Assembly: GCF_046119375.1 (NCBI RefSeq)
Contig: NW_027362762.1
Coordinates: forward strand, 801,660,001 to 801,724,000
DNA: 64,000 bases
Direction: 5' to 3'
Origin: Phyllobates terribilis
Taxonomy: Eukaryota
The notes beneath the pieces are model-generated. The model was given only the letters and a program-made list of their open reading frames with translations, made no database searches and had not been told where the DNA came from. Numbering within the stretch: the first letter of the stretch is position 1; each line of letters begins with the position of its first letter. Shown one piece after another: positions 37,307 through 49,069 of this stretch. Both the position numbers and the translations under genes were made by a program.

Positions 37307-39211
37307 ATGGATCTATCAGCTCTCGTTCCTGCGGATCCGCCACGTTACTATGGGGATCCAAGACAGTGTCGTGCATTTGTGGAGCAATGCATGCTACACT
37401 TTAAGGCCTACCCTCTCTATTTTCCTTCCGATTGGGCTAAAGTGGCCTTTATTATGTCTTACCTGGCGGGTGATGCCTTGGAATGGATCAACCTCCTATA
37501 TGAAACACAGGATCCGATCCTCCGGGACCTAATGGCCTTCCTGGTGGCCTTTATAATGGTCTTCGATGATCCTAACCCGGAGGCTCCTGCTGAAGCTTCA
37601 CCTCCCAATATCCCGGAGCAGCCCCAATGGGTAATGTGTGTGGGTAGCGCAATAGTCCTCCAGCCCAATGAGACTACTGCCCACCCAGAATCCTCACAGG
37701 GTGACTACGCTTTCCGGAATACTTCTCTCAACCTCAAGAGGCAGTCCAGACGTGCTAGACGTAGAGGCAAGCCGTCACGCCAGGGTCTGTCCTCCCTGAG
37801 ACCTCCTGACCCCAACCTTGAAGTCCCTACTGAAGCTTCATCTCCCTGTATCCCGGAGAAACCCCAATGGGTAATGTGCGTGGGTAGTGCACCAGTTCTC
37901 CTGCCCGAAGAGACTTCTGCCCATCCAGACTCCACACAGGAGAACTTCCTGCACCCGGCATCAGATGCTTCTCTCTCTTTAACCGGTGTGCATGTCCAAG
38001 GATGCTCCAAAGCTGTGGTTACCTCTGAGTCTGTGCACCTCTACTACCTGGCGGAGGATCCCCTGTTGCCTCCTGAATCCTCCGGGATACCACTCGATGA
38101 CAAATGGAGAGAGACTTCTCTACACCCGGTACTCAATACCTTGTCCGCTTCGTCCTGTGAGCCTGACAATGGGTACCCCAAAGTGGTAGTTACCTCCGAG
38201 TCTCTACACCCCTCCGACCAGGCGGAGGATCTCCAGTTGTCTCCTGAACCCTTCGGGGTGCTACCTGGTAGCGAAAGGACAGAGACTCTCCTATACTCTG
38301 TACCTGATACCTCGCTCGCTTCGTCCAGTGAGTCCAACCTAGTGTACTCCGAAGCAGAGGTTACTCCTGAGTCTCTACACCCCTCCGACCAGGCGGAGGA
38401 CCTCCAGTTGTGTTCAGAATCCTTCGGGGTGCCACCTGGTGGTGAATGGACAGAGACTTTCCTATATCCTGTACCTGATACCTCGCTCGCTTCGTCCAGT
38501 GAGTCCGACCTAGTGTACTCCGAAGCAGAGGTTACTCCCGAGTCTCTACACCCCTCCGACCAGGCGGAGGACCTCCAGTTGTGTTCAGAACCCTTCGGGG
38601 TGCCACCTGGTGGTGAATGGACAGAGACTTTCCTATACTCGGTACCCGATACCTCGCCTGCTTCCTCCAGTGAGTCCGACCTAGTGTACTCTGAAGCAGT
38701 TGTTTTCTCTGAGCCTCTGCACTCTTCTGACCCGGCGGAGGACCTCCAGTTGTTTCCTGAATCCTCCGGGATACCACCAGATAACAAAGAGACAGTGACT
38801 TTTCCTCATTATGTACCTGATAACCCGTCTATTTTTTCCTGTGAGCTTGACAAGATGTACCTCGAAGCAGAGATTACCCTCAAGTCTCTGTCCCCCTCCA
38901 ACCCAGTGAACGACTGGTCCTCGAATTCCCTGCGGAAGATTCTGGCAGGCCTGAAGAAGAGGGGGCGTAAGGGGGGAGGTACTGTAACATACCTGGCGGC
39001 GTCCTTGCATGGTGGTCCATCTCCCACTGTGCAAGAGAGCGCACTTGATCTCCTGTCCAGAATGTCTCTCTGGCTTCCCTCCATGCTGTCTGTTTGTGTC
39101 TGTCTCTGCTGCTTAAGGGCGGCGCCCGATCACTTCCTGCTCTTTGTACCTGCTGTGGGTCACGCCCCTTGTGCGTCCTCAGCCTATTGCTGTCTGACAC
39201 TTGGTATATAG
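37307..39211 (+). CDS. Gag-derived protein: capsid N-terminal domain (PEG10/RTL/LDOC1-like) plus 57-aa acidic repeats, 634 aa
   Basis: PPRYYGDPRQCRAFVEQC...KVAFIMSYLAGDALEW...VFDDPN is the sushi-type Gag CA-NTD signature. The frame stays open through five 171-bp repeats and 229 nt into the 3' LTR. Confidence 0.8.
   Translation: MDLSALVPADPPRYYGDPRQCRAFVEQCMLHFKAYPLYFPSDWAKVAFIMSYLAGDALEWINLLYETQDPILRDLMAFLVAFIMVFDDPNPEAPAEASPPNIPEQPQWVMCVGSAIVLQPNETTAHPESSQGDYAFRNTSLNLKRQSRRARRRGKPSRQGLSSLRPPDPNLEVPTEASSPCIPEKPQWVMCVGSAPVLLPEETSAHPDSTQENFLHPASDASLSLTGVHVQGCSKAVVTSESVHLYYLAEDPLLPPESSGIPLDDKWRETSLHPVLNTLSASSCEPDNGYPKVVVTSESLHPSDQAEDLQLSPEPFGVLPGSERTETLLYSVPDTSLASSSESNLVYSEAEVTPESLHPSDQAEDLQLCSESFGVPPGGEWTETFLYPVPDTSLASSSESDLVYSEAEVTPESLHPSDQAEDLQLCSEPFGVPPGGEWTETFLYSVPDTSPASSSESDLVYSEAVVFSEPLHSSDPAEDLQLFPESSGIPPDNKETVTFPHYVPDNPSIFSCELDKMYLEAEITLKSLSPSNPVNDWSSNSLRKILAGLKKRGRKGGGTVTYLAASLHGGPSPTVQESALDLLSRMSLWLPSMLSVCVCLCCLRAAPDHFLLFVPAVGHAPCASSAYCCLTLGI
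38953..38982 (+). other. Polypurine tract
   Basis: GAAGAAGAGGGGGCGTAAGGGGGGAGGTAC lies directly before the 3' LTR TGT. Confidence 0.85.
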
Positions 39212-40536
39212 CTCAGCAGCTCCCTTCTATCCCTGCCTGAGCATAGTGTTTTCCTTCAGTGTGTGCTTGCACTCTGAAGGTGCCAGGTCCCGTCTTTGTT
39301 TCCTTGTCTGCCTTTCCTGGAGGCTGTATTTCCAGGCCTGTCTGAACTTAGTCCTGTATGTCTCCTGCTTTGCGGTATTAGTTCCCGTGTCTGAACTGAG
39401 TCCTGTATGTCTCCTGCTTTGCGGTATTAGTTCCCGTGTCTGAACTGAGTCCTGTATGTCTCCTGCTTTGCGGTATTAGTTCCCGTGTCTGAACTGAGTC
39501 CTTTCTGTGTATCTTGTCTGTCCTGTCTGAACACGCTCCTAGCCTGTTCCTCCCGCCTTCTAGGGGCCGATTACCTAGACCCGCTCCTGTATTTTGTCTG
39601 TCCTGTCTGAACACGCTCCTTGCCTGTTCGTCCCGCCTCTCTGGGGGCAGTATTCCCAGACCCGCTCCTGTATCCCGCTGCAGTGTCGGTCCCCTCCGTA
39701 CACTCAGTTCCAGTCTGAACTCTCTCCTATCCTTTACCTGTTTTTCCTCTATGTCCGTTCCCTTCCTTTTTCTGCAGAGTCTGAACTCGTACCTAACTCC
39801 TGCTTGTTGTCTCTGTACTCCCGTTTGTGAGTTTGTGGTCCCCTCGCTACTTCACTGCAAGTACCCTGTGGGTATCTGGCTCTGCCTTTCCCTTCCTGTC
39901 TGTTCCGTGTGTACAGAGTCCTGTCCGTTCTGCTCCGGCAGTCCTGTCCTGCCCTGCTTCTGCCCGCTGCTCCGGCAGTCCTGTCCTGCCCTGCCTGTAC
40001 CCCTCTGCCTGTAATGTTCCTGAGTCCCAGTGTGTACTGGGCCCTATCCCGCCTGTGTTCCTACCTGCTAGTGCCTCCCTGTCTGCACTCTAGCTGTGCT
40101 TGCCTGTAACCCTCTGCCTGTATTGTTCCTGAGTCCCGGTGTGTACTGGGTCCTATCCCGCCTGTGTTCCTACCTGCTAGTGCCTCCCTGTCTGCACTCT
40201 AGCTGTGCTTGCCTTTACCCCCCTGCCTGTATACCCGCCTGCCTGCATACCAGTTGTGCCTGCCTATACCCACCAGTCTGTGTGCCAGCCTACCAGCCTG
40301 TTCCTGTATTCCCCTGTGTGGGTCAACAGCCGTGTCCGGGGTCTGTCCTGGAGTAGCACCTGGTCCCTCTGCTCGGTTCCTCCTTGGTGCACTGGCGTCG
40401 TATGCCGTCGTGCGACCCTGGTCGGATCGGGTGAATACTTAGTCACGCCCCTCCAGGCATTCACTCTCCGGCACGGTCCAGTGGAATCACTACCAATCAC
40501 ACGCACACGCCGCTTAGCCCGGGCGTGTGCATAACA
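38983..40536 (+). repeat. 3' LTR (1554 bp)
   Basis: Near-identical to the 5' LTR and followed by the TSD GTCAG. Confidence 0.95.
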
Positions 40537-41164
40537 GTCAGCAGTATCTTAATATTGACTTACCTTTTAATGTCTTCACATCCCTTTCCGTCCAGATGTG
40601 TCCGGATCCCAGAATTCCAAGGGGCGGAAGTTCGTCGACCGCCATATTGGAACACTCAAGTGATTGGTGTCTCAATATGGAAACCGCTGGTGGTACCAGC
40701 CTATTGCACGGTATCACCAGCGGAACATCATCGCGCACACGCCGCCTCCGGGATCAGCCGAATGATTCAATGACCGTCGCCATCTTTGTACAGGAGGAGC
40801 GCATGCACAGTTTTAATGTGACTGCCACTATCTGCCTGCACAAAGATGGCTGCGGTCTGATTTACTGCGCCTGCGCGAATTCCACGCAGGCACAGTGAAT
40901 CATTTGGCTGATACCGATGGCAGATGCGCGACGTGTCAAAAGGCAGAGGAAGCCGGTCACACTAACTGCGCATGCACGAAATCGAGGAGCACATGCGCAG
41001 TTAATTTGTTAATTTTTGAACTGCGTCACAGCAACATCAGTGTTTGACAGATGCAGTGACGCGCCGGCAGCCTCAGTCGGTGAACATAAGAATCAACTAC
41101 ATCAGTAAAAATTAGAATGAAATGAATAGGTGGAAATTATAAATAAACAAACAAACAAAAAAAG

Positions 41165-43277
41165 CGTGTCAGGGACCTAAAAAAAAAACACGTTACAGCG
41201 TGTCACGGACCAAAAAACACGTTACAGCATTTCACGGACCAAAAAAAACACGTTAAAGTGTGTCAAGGACCTAAAGACACATTACAGCGTGTCATGGACC
41301 TAAAGACACGTTACAGCGTGTCACGGACCTAAAGACACGTTACAGCGTGTCACGGACCTAAAGACACGTTTCAGCGTGTCACGGACCTAAAGACACGTTT
41401 CAGCGTGTCACGGACCTAAAGACACGTTTCAGCGTGTCACGGACCTAAAGACACGTTTCAGCGTGTCACGGACCTAAAGACACGTTTCAGCGTGTCACGG
41501 ACCTAAAGACACGTTTCAGCGTGTCACGGACCTAAAGACACGTTTCAGCGTGTCACGGACCTAAAGACACGTTTCAGCGTGTCACGGACCTAAAGACACG
41601 TTTCAGCGTGTCACGGACCTAAAGACACGTTTCAGCGTGTCACGGACCTAAAGACACGTTTCAGCGTGTCACGGACCTAAAGACACGTTTCAGCGTGTCA
41701 CGGACCTAAAGACACGTTTCAGCGTGTCACGGACCTAAAGACACGTTTCAGCGCGTCACGGACCTAAAGACACGTTTCAGCGCGTCACGGACCTAAAGAC
41801 ACGTTTCAGCGCGTCACGGACCTAAAGACACGTTTCAGCGCGTCACGGACCTAAAGACACGTTTCAGCGCGTCACGGACCTAAAGACACGTTTCAGCGCG
41901 TCACGGACCTAAAGACACGTTTCAGCGCGTCACGGACCTAAAGACACGTTTCAGCGCGTCACGGACCTAAAGACACGTTTCAGCGCGTCACGGACCTAAA
42001 GACACGTTTCAGCGTGTCACGGACCTAAAGACACGTTTCAGCGTGTCACGGACCTAAAGACACGTTTCAGCGTGTCACGGACCTAAAGACACGTTTCAGC
42101 GTGTCACGGACCTAAAGACACGTTTCAGCGTGTCACGGACCTAAAGACACGTTTCAGCGTGTCACGGACCTAAAGACACGTTTCAGCGTGTCACGGACCT
42201 AAAGACACGTTTCAGCGTGTCACGGACCTAAAGACACGTTTCAGCGTGTCACGGACCTAAAGACACGTTTCAGCGTGTCACGGACCTAAAGACACGTTTC
42301 AGCGTGTCACGGACCTAAAGACACGTTTCAGCGTGTCACGGACCTAAAGACACGTTACAGCGTGTCACGGACCTAAAGACACGTTACAGCGTGTCACGGA
42401 CCTAAAGACACGTTACAGCGTGTCACGGACCTAAAGACACGTTACAGCGTGTCACGGACCTAAAGACACGTTACAGCGTGTCACGGACCTAAAGACACGT
42501 TACAGCGTGTCACGGACCTAAAGACACGTTACAGCGTGTCACGGACCTAAAGACACGTTACAGCGTGTCACGGACCTAAAGACACGTTACAGCGTGTCAC
42601 GGACCTAAAGACACGTTACAGCGTGTCACGGACCTAAAGACACGTTACAGCGTGTCACGGACCTAAAGACACGTTACAGCGTGTCACGGACCTAAAGACA
42701 CGTTACAGCGTGTCACGGACCTAAAGACACGTTACAGCGTGTCACGGACCTAAAGACACGTTACAGCGTGTCACGGACCTAAAGACACGTTACAGCGTGT
42801 CACGGACCTAAAGACACGTTACAGCGTGTCACGGACCTAAAGACACGTTACAGCGTGTCACGGACCTAAAGACACGTTTCAGCGTGTCACGGACCGAAAG
42901 ACACGTTTCAGCGTGTCACGGACCGAAAGACACGTCTCAGCGTGTCACGGACCGAAAGACACGTCTCAGCGTGTCACGGACCGAAAGACTCGTCACAGCG
43001 TGTCACGGACCGAAAGACACGTCACAGCGTGTCACGGACCGAAAGACACGTCACAGCGTGTCACGGACCGAAAGACACGTCACAGCGTGTCACGGACCGA
43101 AAGACACGTTACAGCGTGTCACGGACCGAAAGACACGTCACAGCGTGTCACGGACCGAAAGACACGTCACAGCGTGTCACGGACCGAAAGACACGTTTCA
43201 CCGTGTCACGGACCGAAAGACACGTTTCACCGTGTCACGGGCCAAAAAAAAACACGTTACAGCGTGTCACAGACCTA
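41165..43277. repeat. 29-bp minisatellite, about 73 copies, organised in variant blocks
   Basis: Unit GACACGTT(T/A)CAGCGTGTCACGGACC(T/G)AAA. Confidence 0.97.
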
Positions 43278-43409
43278 AAAAGACAGATTATAGAATAAAA
43301 TGTTTTTTTTTTGTTCTTACGTGGATACAATGTAAATTGAAGCACCTTTGTCATAAATTTTTCCATGTTAATAAAATGTTACCTTTACCTACTATGCTTT
43401 CATTTTTAC

Positions 43410-43865
43410 ACAGGGGGAGGAGGGAGTGCCCATAGGAAAGAGGATACACAGGGGGGAGACCGCTCAAACGAGAGAACACATGAAGGAAGAAGACAGCACA
43501 GGGGTGGAGAGAGAGAGCAGACAAGGGGAAGAGCACATGGGGTACACAGGTCAAAGAAGAGATCCCATGAGAGGAGAAGACAGCAGATGGGGGAGAGAGA
43601 GCACAGGGGGGAGACAGCTCAAACGGGACAGCACATGAGGGGAGAACACAGCACAGGAAGGAGAGAGACAGCAGACAAGGGGGATAGCACATGGGGTAGA
43701 CAGGTCAAAGAAGAGAGCACAGACGGGAGAAGTCAGCACATGGGGGAAAGAGAGAGTGGATAGGTGGGTGAGCACATGGGGGGGAGAGATTCTCAACGCT
43801 GCAAAGTCTTCCCCCATCGTGACATTACTGCCCTCTCGATGCGGTAGCATCGGGCCTTCATCTAG
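43410..43865 (+). mobile_element. Helitron-like 3' end with GA-rich degenerate repeats
   Basis: Hairpin CGATGC-GGTA-GCATCG (43837-43852), then CTAG at 43862-43865 followed by T. The 5' TC end was not found. Confidence 0.55.
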
Positions 43866-45457
43866 TTTCTTACATAATAGCGTTATTATTTTTATTAGCT
43901 TATTAGTTTGGTTGGTAATGTGTTGGTAAGGGATTGTCTAATTCAGAAGAACAATTATCCTGTACCTTATTAGGGAATTGTACATTTTAAAGGGTTCAGG
44001 ATTTTGATCTTTTGGTTATAGAGACTTTCTTTTGCTTTTTCTGGACGCCTCCTGTGTTACACAGACAGCACATTCAATTGAATGCGTATTGTGCAATACT
44101 AAAGGTTACATACAACTTTAACTGATTTTTTTTTTTGTCCATTTGTTTCCTAAATACAAAGTTAGGCAACCTTCTAAAAGCCTGAATATAAATATTGCTG
44201 CCATGTTACTGCAACAATGTGTATTTAAGTTCTTCTCCCAGGTAGCTGCTCTGCAAAACTGAAAAGAATTTGTCAGATCTCTGGTCCTAGCTCTGAGGGC
44301 TCTCTCTGCTTTCTACCTCCCTTCTCTCAGTATTAGAGATCAGCAACAAGAAGGGGCTTGTACACAGCATGTAAAGAGGGTAAAGCATCTATGTTCTCAA
44401 GGATGGCAGAGTAAACAGGCTGCAGATAGGGAGGAAAGCATGTAAAAAGGAAATGATGAATGTGACAGCACCCTGGACACACAGACCCTACAGCCACCAT
44501 GTATCACTCGGAGTACATACCAAGATAAGACACATCTGAAACTAGGAACAGACTGAATACTGAATTTCATGAGATCTGTAAAGGTGTTAAGGAATAGATA
44601 TTGCAGACTGCAGAATAAAGATTGCAGACAGTAATATTTTCCATGTCAAAGGTTTCCATAGACTTTAATTTCGCCTGTGGTGATACTGCAGGGAGATGAA
44701 TCACTTGCTGCCATGTTTTCCTACAAATCACAGCTGATCACTGGGGTTACGGGTCGGGGACATGTATTGAGCATCTTTTTTAGAGTCTTTAATTCTAACT
44801 TCGGAATTGTCAAAATCAGACACGATTAAAATGTAAAAGTACTTGGATGTGAAATGCTGACATTTACAAAAAAAATAAACGCTAAAAAAATCTTTGTCAT
44901 CGAGTATTACAGTGTATATATTATTCAGTTTTTTTTTACCTAAATAAGTCCAACATTTTGTTCTGATTTAATTTTATAAGAAACATTCATGGACTCTGAA
45001 TCCCTAATTAGTTTTATACAAAGCTCCTATAGAGTTAATTAAGCTGTCAGTTTCTACCACAATGGGATTAGAAATTGACTGAACACAGATTATTATTATT
45101 CAGCTCAGTGAGAGATGAGTAAATCATTCTTGAGGGGGTTGTCTTATCTGAAACAACCCCTTCCAATAAGTCGCTGCAGCAATTCCCTAACAAAAAGATG
45201 ATTTTTTTCAAGCTTGACATTTGCAGCATATATCAGCCTCTTCATGACAATTATAATTTTATAATGGCGGCAATTAAGATGACTGGCCATCCAAGTGATA
45301 CATAGAGATGGCTTGAGCCCATCAGAACAGGAGTCCAGAGTGGAGGACCTCGTTTTATTATGTGCAAATGACCTAATAGATCATGAGCAAAGGTTGCCTC
45401 ATAAATATAAGTAACCTCCACCAGTCATGGATACAGGAATGAGAATGATATCATTAA

Positions 45458-46607
45458 AGAGGACCTTTCAGCAGTTTGTGTGTGCTAAAAAGTGGCCAAA
45501 TCATGGAATAGAGGCTGCACAGCTGAGTAAAACATAGTTTTTATTTTTGTTTTCCACCCTTGTTGCTGAAATATTAGCTTGAAAAGTTTAGGTTATAATT
45601 ACCAGAGATTATTCTCAGGGCGAGTGTACTTCTAACCCTTCACTCAGTGTGGGGGGAGCGACAGTACAGCAGAGCTGAGCGTTGTCTCATTACAAACACC
45701 ACTGCAGCTGCAGCTCTCCTCACATAGTGCTGTCAGCTCTACTGTATCCTCTCCCCTAACGTTGCTGCCATGAGATGTAAGCTGAAAGGTGTATGTAATA
45801 ACACAAAGCTTTGCAGTGAGACCAATAAGGGGATTAGACTATCATAACATGTCTCACACTGACAAAACTGCTGTAAGCTCTTGTGGGGGCTTGTTCTTTT
45901 TCCACCTGTCTGTGGCTGCCTGCTTATGATTGGTCAATGTAAAATCAGGGAAGAAGTTCAGACGACCAGAGAAAAATCTCTGGTAATGTTTCATTAAACT
46001 TAAATGGAATCTGTCATCCGGTTTTTGCTACCTAATCTGAGAGCAACATGATGTAGGGGCAGAGACCCTGATTCCAGCAATGTGTCCCTTACTGAGCTGC
46101 TTGCTGTAGTTTTATAAAACCTTTGATTTATCAGCAGGAGAATATCACTAGAGAATTAATGAACCTGCTGCCATGTAGTCCTCTATATTCATGTGCTCTG
46201 AGTAACCAAGCTCCCACCACTGATTTATAACTTTCTGCCTATGCACAGTGTACACAGAAAACTGCCAATCAGTGGTGAGGATGGGGTTATACAAAGCTCA
46301 GCATTCAGTGAACTGCTAGATCTGCAGCAGATAAAGCTGTTTTTAATGAAAACTGCTGCACCCAGTAAAGTAAGTGACACATTGCTGAAATCAGGGTCTC
46401 TGCCCCTACGTCATGCTGCTCTCAGATGAGAAGAAAAACCTGATGACAGATTATCTTTAGCATAAATTATAACCTAAATTTTACAAGCTAATATCCCCGC
46501 AATGGAGTGGTGAAATTATTAAACAAAGACTATGTTTTACTCAGCTCTGCAGCTGCTATTCCATGTTGTGACCAGTTTAACATGCTCAAACAGGTGAAAG
46601 GTCCTCT
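45458..46607. mobile_element. TTAA-flanked MITE containing a nested MITE at 46004-46456
   Basis: TTAA-AGAGGACCTTTCA...TGAAAGGTCCTCT-TTAA. The nested copy runs ATGGAATCTGTCA...TGACAGATTATCT. Confidence 0.8.
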
Positions 46608-47850
46608 TTAAGCCGGATTTTCGGTTGGTATTTCCTGACAGTCACTATTTACTTAGCTGCACCTATAAAGTACTGTCTGTCACATGTGACCGCTGTAGTC
46701 AATCGCTAACCTTCGAAGTGTGCCATGGAAGAGTGATTGGCTGCAGCATGTAGATGGACTTCCATTTAGCTGAAATTTCTGCAACAAATTAGCAGTGTGT
46801 AAAAGTACTCTTTTAAGAGACCTCCACTAGTGAATTATCAGAGTGACGGACACATTTTTTTTAATATATATTATAAAGTAGTATGCTAAAATAAAATGAA
46901 AGCATGCTAAAATATTTAGAGATAATTTACTGATTGCTGGGGGACTGTTTTCATTCTGCAGTATATCTTTTTTACCTGTTTTTATTTCTTTGTATACAAA
47001 TAAAGATTAACTATTTAAATGAGTTTCTGTATGGAAGTATTCTTTGTAGGTTTGCTGGAATCCTACCGATCCTGAGCCCCATCTGAATGGGGCAGAAGTT
47101 GAGCATGCACACCACTGCTTCATTCATCATGGGGGACAGCCAACGGTTATAACATTGACCACATATTTAAACGCCAGTCCCTGTTAGACCAGCAGTAAGA
47201 GCCCTTGTTTTCTATCAATCACCTGAAGATCGAGCTAATTTATGGCAGCATAAAAATCATCATTATCGGCAGCAAGCAGAGGATGTGCTGCTGACAACAT
47301 GATCGTATTAACAATTGTTTTGCACTTGTTAACAGACAGAAATTAGTTAATATGTACCTTAAGATATCTGGACAACATGCTAATTTTCTGAACTTTGCAA
47401 CAATGCCTCTGAGATCTGATGAAATAATGACGTCACTACTGCTTACCATCTAATCAACTTTAAAGAGGTTGTCCATTACTCTAACTCAGTTACTGGTTAT
47501 GCCATAAATGCTTAAGGACAATGCCCCTAAATATCCCTATATACTTTCTCTGTCAAATTGTACGTTGTTGTATACCTTTCTGCTCTAGTGATGGGTCATT
47601 CAGGAGCAATGCTAGACAGTCGACTCCCTGCTGGGAAAGATGGAAGCTGACACCCCAGTGAGAACTACTAAAGTCTCTGAATGGCTCTCCCTGGTGATCA
47701 AATTACAGTGTTCTGAAGCCAAAACCCCACCCACCCATTGATTTCATTGGCTGACTGCAAGTAGGCAGGGTTTTGGCCACGGGTGGGTGGGTTTCGGCTG
47801 CGTTAATTTAATCTTAAATATATGTTCACCTGTGGTGAAAGCATATTTAA

Positions 47851-48338
47851 AGAGGTTTTCCTACGAACAAAGTTGATTTTAATCAATAGATCTGTGAATA
47901 ATAGTAACTTCCACAATTGGATGTGTTTTAAAAAATGTTCCTGTGCTGAGATAATCTTATAAATGTGCCCCTGCTGTGTACTGATGCAAAATAGTGTACA
48001 GACAGGGCAGCCGGGGATCACAGCTGAATCTTTCCTTGAGTAAAACATTGCTTAAAAACAGGCAGGGAAATGTTTTGCCTCACAAAAAGAATCAGCTGTG
48101 ATCCCGTGCTGTAATGTCTGTATACTCTCTTTTGTTTCCTCCCCTGCCCAGGAGCTGTGGTATGATCAGACCATGTTCCTGCACGGTCAGACACAGCCAC
48201 TACACAGTACACAGCAGGGGCACATTTATAAGATTATCTCAGCACAGGAACATTTTATTTAAACACATCCAATTGTGGAAATTATTATTATTCCAAGATC
48301 TATTGATTAAAATGTACTTTGTTCGTGGGAAAACCCCT
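47851..48338. mobile_element. Palindromic TTAA-flanked MITE
   Basis: AGAGGTTTTCCTACGAACAAAGT...ACTTTGTTCGTGGGAAAACCCCT with long inverted arms. Confidence 0.85.
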
Positions 48339-49069
48339 TTAATAGGGATCCATTTAAACATATTGTTGGCACAAAGATATACCATATTTTTCGGGCTATA
48401 AGACGCACTTTTTTCCGGCAAAATTTTGATGGAAGGTGGGGGGTTCGTCTTATAGCCCGAATGTACCTTATGTTGCTGTGGCTATGGATTGGGGGGTGTG
48501 GGAGGAGTGGCAGCGACGGAGGATCGGGTTACAGGAGGCAGGAGCCGCCTGCTGCGGCTAACACTGTGGTCGCTGTTAAAGAAAACGAATATTCGCTGCT
48601 CCCCACGCCCATCGGAGTAGGGAGCCTTGAATATTCATTTTCCTTAGCGGGCACAGGGTTAGCCACAGCCGCCGGCTTCCTGCAGCTGTTTGGCGATCAC
48701 GTGTGCCCACTACTAAAGTGAATGCATATTCACTGCTCTCCACTCCCATGGGTGTGGGGAGCAGTGAATATTCATTTTCTTTATCATGGGGCACACAAGA
48801 TTGCTGAGCAGCTGCAGGAGCCGGCAGCTGCGGCTACAGTGTGCCTGCTATTAAAGAAAATGAATATTCACTGCTCCACACGCCCACAGTTCCGGGCGTG
48901 GGGAGCAGTGAATATTACGGCAGCTGACCTCAGCGTGAGAGGGTGCATGTCAGTGACATCATGCGCTGCTCACACTGTGAGATCAGCTGCTAGCAGCAGA
49001 ACAGGGCGCAGCTCTGGAGAAGAAGGGAGGTGAGTAGAATAATTTTTTTTATATGTGCATAGTTATGGA

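Larger units (their letters stand above)
35563..40536 (+). mobile_element. Young non-autonomous gag-only LTR retrotransposon (Tf1/sushi-type Gypsy derivative)
   Basis: TGTAACA...ATAACA LTRs, 5-bp TSD GTCAG (35558-35562 and 40537-40541), a PPT, a self-priming site and a single gag-derived ORF. No pol. Confidence 0.93.

Noticed and set aside
38044-38787. 247-aa antisense ORF in the LTR element
   Set aside because: It is a shadow of the 171-bp repeats of the sense ORF and has no recognisable domain.
41165-43277. CRISPR-like array (29-bp hairpin repeats)
   Set aside because: Units are contiguous with no unique spacers, there are no cas genes, and the DNA is vertebrate.
42884-43435. SRTERHV-repeat ORFs
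   Set aside because: The frames open only because the TAAA-to-GAAA repeat variant removes the stop.
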